Assembly: GCA_934699595.1 (NCBI GenBank)
Contig: CAKUWT010000001.1
Coordinates: 135,839-199,838 of the forward strand
Direction of reading: 5' to 3'
DNA from: an uncultured Patescibacteria group bacterium
Lineage (GTDB): Bacteria > Patescibacteriota > Minisyncoccia > Phycocordibacterales > UBA918
DNA: 64,000 nt
Shown here piece by piece: positions 17,176 through 25,123 of the stretch; within the stretch, counting starts at the first letter, position 1; the number at the start of each line of letters is the position of its first letter. Position numbers and translations under genes: made by a program. The notes below the pieces were generated by a model. That model was not told the origin of the DNA and made no database searches. It worked only from the letters and a program-made list of their open reading frames with translations.

Positions 17176-17209
17176 CCGGGCGGAGGCAAAGCCTCCGCCC
17201 GGGGTTTAT
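17176..17209. repeat. GC-rich palindromic hairpin element, copy 2
   Basis: The sequence is CCGGGCGGAGGCAAAGCCTCCGCCCGGGGTTTAT. Its right flank GGTTTAT is the reverse complement of the left flank ATAAACC of copy 1. Confidence 0.6.
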
Positions 17210-17266
17210 TACTCATCTCCAGACAATTTTGTTATTAGCTCTCCATTTTTTCTTCCTCGATCACCA

Positions 17267-19657
17267 CTACTTCGCCACCAGGTCATCAATCTCACACACT
17301 CCCGCTACGCAAGCCATGGCTTTGGCGCCTTCGGTATTATCGCTTTGTTCATAGGTGACGATTTTGGCAAAATCTACACCCGCAAAATTCTTCAACATTT
17401 TTTCGTAAGTCTTTTTATCAATGGCTTCGTATGGAGCTAACTGATACACATGATTACTGCGTGGTAAGAAAGATAAACCACCAACGATATCCCAATTTTG
17501 GTAAACCCAGTTACCAGTTTCCAGCCACTCATCCTCTCCAACCGAGACGGTCACGGACGGGTTGTGTTCAGTGAAATTTTCTTTCACTACCTTCCAATGC
17601 TCTAGCTGATCAATAGCGGTCAAATCATCCTGAAAGATTTTCCCTGGTGCCTTCACCGGAAACTCCAATACAAAAGTAGTAGCAGTCTCTTCAGTGTAGC
17701 CTACCTCTGGATGATACGGCACTCCTTGATCCTTTAGCATTTTAAATAACGAGTCTGTGGCTGAAATTCGAACTCGGCGGATATAGTACGGGCTGTGACG
17801 CGTATGCATACCACTGGAAGCATCGGTTAATTGTGAGACAGTTCCTGATGGCTTTACCGCAGTGACTGAAGTGGAAGGGTTGATACCCATTTTAGCGGCG
17901 TAAACCTTATTCCATTTAATTGCTTCCTTGCGTAATTTCTGAAGAATTTGCGGATCACGTGCAGCTTCTGAATCCCACTGTCCGGTAATAGAAATACCTA
18001 AGAGTCTCTCCGCTTCACAATTCTCCTGCCACTCTTTAGACAGATATGGGAAGTAGGTTAAAGTAGATTGGTAGGTTCCTAGAATAGCGGCAATTTTTAT
18101 TTTGCGCAGCAAAGTTTCTTCAGTATCATCTTCACGAGCTACTACTTCTGATAGGTTACAAAATTGTTTAGACTTCAGAATGATCTCTCCGCAAGGGTTA
18201 GTTCCCACAGATTTGATAATTTCTCCATTTTGGATATAGCCAGTTTGTTCCCACTCCGCGATACGTCGCTCAGGCAGTTGACCGGTTAAGGCACCTCGAT
18301 TGAAGATGCCTCGTTCACCAGAACCACTCTTCGCGAGAGACAACCACTCTTCCAAGAAGGTGACATTATCTGGCTTCTCGTTATAGACAGCAGAATTATT
18401 TGCCATGGCGCGCTGCGGCTCGGTGTTCCAAAACTGCCCGTCTTTAGCGTGACGCATTTGCTCATCTTCTAAATCAGATAACGAGATCAGGGCACTGCGA
18501 CGCACGCCACCCGCCACCACAATCTGGCCGATGTAGCAGACAATATCGTGTACATCAAGAGTGGTTAAGCGACGACCCTGACGAGAGAGAATCTTTTCTC
18601 GTGCATAGCGCATCAGGTCAATCAGGGGCTGGGGCCCAGAACTCTTACCGCCCATGGTGTGTAGACGCGCTCCTGCTGGACGCAATTTAGAGTAATCAAA
18701 GGCGATATCCTTGCCGGCAAACCAAGCCTTTAGACCAATAGTGAGAGAATCGGCCCACCCTTCTTTACTATCAGCTACCACATGCGTAGCTAGCTTTTCT
18801 CCGGTCTGCCTCTGGATCTGGGGCAAGGCCTGCACGTTTGCTTCTTCTACAGAAAAGCCTACCCCGGCACCACACATAGAGAGGTACATAATCTCTGCAA
18901 AATCTTCCAACCGAGCCGGAGCAATGAAAGAGCAGTTGTAACCAGTGACGTTAGTTTTTCGAGTGGCCTCGCCTGCTCCCCACATCAAACGCATCGACGG
19001 CATGGCCTCTTGTTTTAGGATCGCTTGACGTACTTCAGCATAATCTTTTTCAGAAATAGCAGCACCAATATTCTCTCGCATGAAGTCTACGTAGCGATCG
19101 ACTGTCTCAACCCAAGTTTCTCGCCTTTGCTCATTTTCAATCCACCGTGAATAGGTACGGTAATAGATAAACTCAGCCAAAGGGTTGCGGAAGTACTGCT
19201 TGGATTCTTCTGCCATTTTTTTCACGTGCTCTGGTACCACATTCCCCTTCTCCCGTTCTTGTGAACGTTTTTCACGATACAAAATATAAGCTTTGGCTGT
19301 CTTAGGGAATTGCAAATTGATTAACTCAGCCTCCACAATATCCTGAATACCCTCCACCGTTGGTGCTGGATTTTCGTAAACCTTTAAGTGTTCTTTGTAA
19401 AGCTTAATCACCCCCTTCTCCACCACTTTAGCTACCTGCTTAGCTTCTTTAGTACCACCCTCAAAGGCGGCCTGCATAGCCTTAGTAATGGCTACCTCAA
19501 TCAACTCCGGATTATAATCAACTAGCGTACCGTCCCGCTTCTGGACCTGATTAGGCTTGGTCGCCGACTTAGTAGCCTGCTTTGATTTAGCTGACTTTCC
19601 GATAGTTTGCTTGGTTTTCTTTAATTCTTTAGGCATAAAACTAACAATATTTACCAC
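17267..19657 (-). CDS. nrdJ: Ribonucleotide reductase, class II (adenosylcobalamin-dependent, NrdJ-like) with N-terminal ATP-cone
   Basis: An ATP-cone (KRDGTLVDYNPELI) is present, the active-site motif is TNPCGEI, and length is 796 aa. The start codon is GTG, with AGGAGG about 14 nt upstream. Confidence 0.8.
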   Translation of the reverse strand: MVNIVSFMPKELKKTKQTIGKSAKSKQATKSATKPNQVQKRDGTLVDYNPELIEVAITKAMQAAFEGGTKEAKQVAKVVEKGVIKLYKEHLKVYENPAPTVEGIQDIVEAELINLQFPKTAKAYILYREKRSQEREKGNVVPEHVKKMAEESKQYFRNPLAEFIYYRTYSRWIENEQRRETWVETVDRYVDFMRENIGAAISEKDYAEVRQAILKQEAMPSMRLMWGAGEATRKTNVTGYNCSFIAPARLEDFAEIMYLSMCGAGVGFSVEEANVQALPQIQRQTGEKLATHVVADSKEGWADSLTIGLKAWFAGKDIAFDYSKLRPAGARLHTMGGKSSGPQPLIDLMRYAREKILSRQGRRLTTLDVHDIVCYIGQIVVAGGVRRSALISLSDLEDEQMRHAKDGQFWNTEPQRAMANNSAVYNEKPDNVTFLEEWLSLAKSGSGERGIFNRGALTGQLPERRIAEWEQTGYIQNGEIIKSVGTNPCGEIILKSKQFCNLSEVVAREDDTEETLLRKIKIAAILGTYQSTLTYFPYLSKEWQENCEAERLLGISITGQWDSEAARDPQILQKLRKEAIKWNKVYAAKMGINPSTSVTAVKPSGTVSQLTDASSGMHTRHSPYYIRRVRISATDSLFKMLKDQGVPYHPEVGYTEETATTFVLEFPVKAPGKIFQDDLTAIDQLEHWKVVKENFTEHNPSVTVSVGEDEWLETGNWVYQNWDIVGGLSFLPRSNHVYQLAPYEAIDKKTYEKMLKNFAGVDFAKIVTYEQSDNTEGAKAMACVAGVCEIDDLVAK

Positions 19658-19912
19658 TTATTAATAAACTTCCTCCTTTTAGGAGTTAATTGTAGCAGTG
19701 TATTCACCCAAGGCTGATGTGGATAAAGCATCTCGATACAAAATTATTGCTCTGTAAAATCTCACCTTGTAAATACGCTTACTTAGCTACTTATTTCTGC
19801 CGGGCAAAATATTTTCTGGTTAAAAATGTAAACAGTGGCGGGGAGCAAAGCTCCCCGCCACTGTTTATTCCCTCCAACCTCTCCTACCCGCACCCCATCG
19901 AACTCGCTTTAG

Positions 19913-20464
19913 TTAAAACTCCACCTGGCACACCAAGGGATTAGCTAAATCACGCAGCAATCGCCAGATAGTATAGGCCAGCACTAAGATTGCCACCAGT
20001 TGCAGCTCCACACCGCCAAATGGCAACAGCACTAAAATACTACTGATACCGATAAAGGGAATCAGTGCGGAAATTAAAGCAGTGCCACAAGCCGCACAAC
20101 CAACGCCAATGATCCCGAGCAAGAATCCGAACGTGCCAGTGGCCGCATCTTTTTTACTAAAACGTTGTGCCCGACGACTGCGGACTACCAGCAAAACTGA
20201 GTTGAGCCCGAGTAAGGCACCGAGCAGAGCTGCCACCACAACATTAAAAGTGGAAATACTTTGGTTGAGTGGCCACAATAAGCTACCTGCTAAACGCGCA
20301 CCCTCACCCCATCCGTTCAGGACAATAACTTGCTTAAATAAGCCAAAGTTTGGTGTCAGAATCACCATCATCACTACCAAAACTGTTGCCGACACTAAAG
20401 CCGCCCAAGTAGAGACTTCCTTTAGCACTCCACTGAGAATAGTTAGCTTGCGATATTTTCTCAT
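19913..20464 (-). CDS. Polytopic membrane protein with a CxxC (CAAC) in a TM segment
   Basis: Length is 183 aa with 4-5 predicted TM helices. It sits adjacent to and upstream-oriented with a DsbA-like gene, so it may be its redox partner. Confidence 0.5.
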   Translation of the reverse strand: MRKYRKLTILSGVLKEVSTWAALVSATVLVVMMVILTPNFGLFKQVIVLNGWGEGARLAGSLLWPLNQSISTFNVVVAALLGALLGLNSVLLVVRSRRAQRFSKKDAATGTFGFLLGIIGVGCAACGTALISALIPFIGISSILVLLPFGGVELQLVAILVLAYTIWRLLRDLANPLVCQVEF

Positions 20465-20519
20465 GATTAACTATTACTGATCAAGCCGAAATAATAGCTA
20501 CCACACCTGACCTGGGTGA

Positions 20520-21314
20520 CTAGTTACCCAGAGCCAAATCAAGCAACTGCGTGACCGTAGCAGCAGATTGCGCGCCATTAACCGGGTACTTAGTCCCGTC
20601 AGAAGCTACAATCACACTAAACGGTGTCCCCTCCACCCCCATTGCTAAGCCGTTGTTAGCTTGTGCGATAATTTTTGCATCATAAGCATCAGAAGCCAAG
20701 CACTTTGCAAACTCACTCACATTCAAACCCATGTCTTTAGCGACCGCTTCAGCAAAGTCGTCACCGGGTAGTTTGTTGGTACCCGCTTTTGCATAAACGA
20801 GATCAGCGTACTCAATAAACGCTTCATTCCCTCTTTCGGCCACTGCACATTCCGCCCCTCGCGCTAAAGCAAAACTATTATCACCTCCAACAATTGGCAA
20901 ATGGCGGAAGACAAAATTTACTCGGTCACCATACTTAGCCTCAATACCCTGCAAAGTATCATGAAATTTCTGACAAAACGGACAAAGAAAATCTGAGTAG
21001 TTCACCAGTGTCACTTTGGCGTCTCGATTACCGATACTGTGATCATCAGCTGCTACTGGTGCCATTTCTTCCAGACTTTTTTCAGCAGTGTCTGAAGTTT
21101 GTGCTTTACCGTTGTTTGTGGCAATTGTTCCGAGAGTAGTCGGCAACACAACAAAAGTCACGTAGATGATTAAAAAGAAAGTCGCGGTAGAAATAAAAGC
21201 GTTAAAAAATAATAAATACCGGTCGCCAGTCATCACTCCTTGAATATCCTGCTCATCCTCACCCCTGCTCCGAAAAATTCTCTTGAAAAATGTCATATGA
21301 GAACATGGTAACAT
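20520..21314 (-). CDS. DsbA-like thiol:disulfide oxidoreductase (thioredoxin fold) with N-terminal TM anchor
   Basis: CPFCQKF is the CxxC active site, followed by a typical DsbA helical insertion. The TM helix is FFLIIYVTFVVL. Confidence 0.7.
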   Translation of the reverse strand: MLPCSHMTFFKRIFRSRGEDEQDIQGVMTGDRYLLFFNAFISTATFFLIIYVTFVVLPTTLGTIATNNGKAQTSDTAEKSLEEMAPVAADDHSIGNRDAKVTLVNYSDFLCPFCQKFHDTLQGIEAKYGDRVNFVFRHLPIVGGDNSFALARGAECAVAERGNEAFIEYADLVYAKAGTNKLPGDDFAEAVAKDMGLNVSEFAKCLASDAYDAKIIAQANNGLAMGVEGTPFSVIVASDGTKYPVNGAQSAATVTQLLDLALGN

Positions 21315-21430
21315 TTTTTACTAAATATTTTTTAGTGGTAGTGAATTAATCTGTCAAAAATCAATCTTCGAAGAAACTACCGATAATTTTCTTCACAGTG
21401 TCATATAAAATCCCTAAGGTCACCCAGTAA

Positions 21431-22006
21431 TTATTCCAAAAACTCAAAGGTGTCTAGGAAATGGGCGAACTCGGTTTCGTAATATTCGTTAGAGCCGAGG
21501 ATGAGCGAGTAGTTGCCGAAATTAGGAACTATGAAATCGGTCATACCCATTTCTTGCCATTCATAATTATACATATCAGCTTTCCGACCTTTAAAAACGG
21601 TTGCGGTTTTTTGGTCCTGATAAGCTAAGAACGAGCTCCGAACAAAATCGGGAGTAACGATGTTTATTAAGATAGGATCATCCCAGCGACTTTCAGTAAT
21701 TGGCGTGACTAGAATATTAAACTGAGAATAATAATTCTCAAAATAATTCTCCTTAACTAGCCAATCCTCCGGGTACTCAAAAGCAAAGCCCCATTCTTCA
21801 TTTTCATAGCGCCTATAACCAGGAGTGACCTCATTCAAGCTTCCAGCAATCTCCTGGTTTTGTGAGATATTCGTAGACGATTTGTGACCTATCTCTGCAG
21901 TAGGTACTTCTAACGTTTTACTTTTATCATCACTCCATAAGTAAAACAAAAGCGTCGCTGCAAACACTATTGCAATTACCCCAATCCAAATTAATATTTT
22001 TCTCAT
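21431..22006 (-). CDS. Hypothetical membrane-anchored extracytoplasmic protein (191 aa)
   Basis: An N-terminal TM/signal anchor is followed by a W/Y/E-rich globular region (GFAFEYPEDW). Confidence 0.5.
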   Translation of the reverse strand: MRKILIWIGVIAIVFAATLLFYLWSDDKSKTLEVPTAEIGHKSSTNISQNQEIAGSLNEVTPGYRRYENEEWGFAFEYPEDWLVKENYFENYYSQFNILVTPITESRWDDPILINIVTPDFVRSSFLAYQDQKTATVFKGRKADMYNYEWQEMGMTDFIVPNFGNYSLILGSNEYYETEFAHFLDTFEFLE

Positions 22007-22196
22007 AACTAATTCACCTTAAAGATTAACATCTGTAGTTGTAACAAAAGCTCAAGCAGTTTGTTGAGTCCATTGAAGGAACGAAGCATTATTTCATCAG
22101 CAGCAGAAAATTCTTCTCCGTCCAGAGTGACTCCAGTAAGGGTGGCTTCGTGTAAACCAGTACTAACATCCTTGAAGTTTTGCGCAAAGAAGAAAA

Positions 22197-22394
22197 CTAA
22201 CAGGTCACGCTCTTCATATTATTCTTATCAACATAATAAAGAATCGTACTTTTTTGATGGTCATTTTGAATAACTCTTTTTTTACCTTTTAAGAGTGTTT
22301 TATTAACAATATCGGCAACGTGTGGTTTTTTTGGCCCCACTAGAGCTAATTCCTTCATCACCTTCTTTTCAAACTCGCTAAATTCTCTCATCAT
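22197..22394 (-). CDS. Possible small basic protein (65 aa), or a gene remnant
   Basis: ORF only, with no SD. It lies in a 500-bp gap upstream of the RM locus. Confidence 0.25.
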   Translation of the reverse strand: MMREFSEFEKKVMKELALVGPKKPHVADIVNKTLLKGKKRVIQNDHQKSTILYYVDKNNMKSVTC

Positions 22395-22515
22395 AAAACA
22401 TTCTATTTACCGACATTCACAAACCGCATTACTTTACTCTCTTCCTAATTCATAATAATACTAACCACCTGATCGCTTTAAAAAATCCGCCTCTCGTGCT
22501 ATAAGTAACAGTAAT

Positions 22516-25104
22516 ATGTCTAAAAAAGAAGCCGCTGCTCGGCTCAAAATTAACCATCTCCTAGAAGAAGCGGGTTGGCGACTTTTTGACACTGACACCG
22601 CAAAAGCTAACGTGAGCGTGGAAATCTACCTCCAGCCCGGACAAACTGTTGCAGGCGATACTCTTGGTAACGACTTTCAAGATACTAAAAGTGGCTTTGC
22701 CGATTATGTGCTTTTAGACTATAACCAAAAGCCGCTGGCGGTTCTCGAAGCTAAGCGCGAAAGTATTCCTCCACTCAGTGCCAAAGAACAAGCCCGTAAC
22801 TATGCCAACTCACTCCACGTTCGTTATGTCATTCTCAGTAACGGAAACTCCCATTATCTCTGGGATATGCTTGAAGGTAATCCTGAACCAATCTCCCGCT
22901 TCCCCTCCTTGGATTCACTACAAAGTAAGAAAAACTTTATCCCCAATCCAGACAGACTGGTTCACGAAAATGTAGACAAACACTACATCGCCTCATCACA
23001 ATTGCCGGGGTTCCAAACTCATCCAGAATATCTCGCTGGTGGCGACAGGCAGAAAGAATACCTGTTTGCAAACAAGCTCAAAATTATGCGCCACTACCAA
23101 GTCGGAGCAATCAAATCCATCCAGCAGGCTGCTAAAGATGGTAAGAGGCGCTTTCTATTAGAGATGGCTACCGGCACCGGCAAAACCCTGACCTGCGCTG
23201 CCATCATCAAACTCTTTCTTCGCACCGAAAACGCACGCCGGATTCTTTTCTTAGTTGACCGACTTGAACTAGAAGACCAAGCGGACAAAGCCTTCCGCCA
23301 AACGCTTGGACAGGACTATACTATCTTTACGTACAAACAACATCGTGATGATTGGGAAATGGCTGAAGTGGTCGTGACTACTGTCCAAAGCCTTCAGGTC
23401 AACGATCGTTATAAGGAAATATTCTCACCAACCGACTTCGACCTCATCATCAGCGATGAGGCCCACCGCTCTATTAACGGTAACGCCAGGGCAGTTTTTG
23501 AATATTTCATCGGTTACCGTATCGGTCTCACCGCGACTCCCAAAGACTATCTAAAAGGTATCGGTGAAGAAGATAACAAAACCCAGAAAGAGTTTGAGCG
23601 TCGTCAATTACTCGATACCTATAAAACTTTTGGCTGTGAGAGTGGCGAGCCCACCTTTCGCTATAGCCTGACAGATGGCGTCAATGACCCCGACGGCCCG
23701 TTCTTAGTAAACCCCACCATTGTTGACGCTCGCACCGAGATCACCACCAAATTACTAAGCACAGAGGGCTACGCCATTCACAAAACTATCGACGACAGCG
23801 AAGTAGACACAGTCTACGGGGCACGAGATTTTGAGAGACGTTTTTTCAATGAACGTACCAATGAAGTCTTGGCTGAAACTTTCCTTAATGAAGCCGATAC
23901 TGACCCTATTAGTGGCGAAGTTGGTAAGTCTATCATCTTTGCCGTTTCGCAAGACCATGCTGAAAAAATAGTAGACCGTCTCAATCAGCTAGCCGTCGAA
24001 CGTTGGCCTGGTAAATACCAATCAGACTTTGCCATCCAGATTACCAGCCGTGTGACCGATGCTCAGAACTTTACTGTCCGTTTCAGTGAAAACGATCTTC
24101 TGGGACACACTCGTTGGCTAGAAAATTATGAAAGTTCCCGTGCTCGGGTCGCTGTCACCGTGGGCATGATGACGACTGGTTACGACTGTGCCGACTTGCA
24201 AAATGTCGTCTTTATGCGACCAGTTTTTAGTCCGAGCGACTTCATTCAGATGAAAGGTCGCGGTACCCGTCTACATACTTTTAAATACATCAATTATCAA
24301 AATGATGAGGAAGTTATCACCACTCCGAAAACTGGCTTCAAGTTAATAGATTTTTTCGCCGTTTGTGAATTCTTCAACGAAAAATACGATTACCAAGCCA
24401 AGCTGGCTGTCCCTCGCCTCCCCGCCTCTGGAAGCAAAGGCTCAACCGATGAATTCACCGCTGCAACCGGTGGTGACGACATAAATTCAACACAAAAACA
24501 AACTGGTCCAGTCGAGCTGAATGAAGATGACTCTTTGGCTTCCAATACCTCCATTCTCGTCGGTGCCGACGGCATGCGTATTGACCAAGAAATGTTTCGC
24601 AGTTTTAAACAAGAGGCCTCAAACGACCCCACTCTCATTGCTCTTGATAAAGAAAACCCAGACGCTGCCCGTGAGTATCTTAAAAATAATCTTCTCAATA
24701 AAGCCTCTCACTTCATGACTTTAGAGAAGGTCCGTCGTTTTTTCAAACTTGACCGTCGACTGTCTCTCGATGAGCTTCTGGATATCATCATGGATCGCCT
24801 CGATACTCCCAAATCAAAGACTGCCGTTATTCAAGACCAGTTTGACGACTTCATCAAAAGCAATACCTTGTCCGATATCTTTGCAGAGAACCCTGCACTC
24901 TTCCAGCTTGCCTACCGTCTTTTTGATGCCTATATCTCCTCTCAAGCAGTCCGCGATGCCATTGACACTGGTACGTATGGTAATCTAGAAAGTACAGGAC
25001 AAATCACATTGTCTGAATTTGGCGAGCTATCTCGGTCTAATCTCGCTACCCCCATTATCAGTTATATCAATGACTACATCAGTATCGACAGACTCACTGT
25101 CTAG
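22516..25104 (+). CDS. hsdR: Type I restriction endonuclease subunit R (HsdR-like)
   Basis: The N-terminal PD-(D/E)xK nuclease reads FADYVLLD...LAVLEAKRE. The SF2 helicase shows Walker A MATGTGKT and DEAH ISDEAHRS. It is directly followed by hsdMS after 20 nt. Confidence 0.8.
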   Translation: MSKKEAAARLKINHLLEEAGWRLFDTDTAKANVSVEIYLQPGQTVAGDTLGNDFQDTKSGFADYVLLDYNQKPLAVLEAKRESIPPLSAKEQARNYANSLHVRYVILSNGNSHYLWDMLEGNPEPISRFPSLDSLQSKKNFIPNPDRLVHENVDKHYIASSQLPGFQTHPEYLAGGDRQKEYLFANKLKIMRHYQVGAIKSIQQAAKDGKRRFLLEMATGTGKTLTCAAIIKLFLRTENARRILFLVDRLELEDQADKAFRQTLGQDYTIFTYKQHRDDWEMAEVVVTTVQSLQVNDRYKEIFSPTDFDLIISDEAHRSINGNARAVFEYFIGYRIGLTATPKDYLKGIGEEDNKTQKEFERRQLLDTYKTFGCESGEPTFRYSLTDGVNDPDGPFLVNPTIVDARTEITTKLLSTEGYAIHKTIDDSEVDTVYGARDFERRFFNERTNEVLAETFLNEADTDPISGEVGKSIIFAVSQDHAEKIVDRLNQLAVERWPGKYQSDFAIQITSRVTDAQNFTVRFSENDLLGHTRWLENYESSRARVAVTVGMMTTGYDCADLQNVVFMRPVFSPSDFIQMKGRGTRLHTFKYINYQNDEEVITTPKTGFKLIDFFAVCEFFNEKYDYQAKLAVPRLPASGSKGSTDEFTAATGGDDINSTQKQTGPVELNEDDSLASNTSILVGADGMRIDQEMFRSFKQEASNDPTLIALDKENPDAAREYLKNNLLNKASHFMTLEKVRRFFKLDRRLSLDELLDIIMDRLDTPKSKTAVIQDQFDDFIKSNTLSDIFAENPALFQLAYRLFDAYISSQAVRDAIDTGTYGNLESTGQITLSEFGELSRSNLATPIISYINDYISIDRLTV

Positions 25105-25123
25105 TCACATTTTCTAAAACAAC

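Noticed and set aside
16484-17209. Integron attC-like site or IS element for the palindromic repeats
   Set aside because: There are no GTTRRRY/RYYYAAC core sites and no integrase or transposase. The repeats are best explained as duplicated halves of a terminator hairpin.
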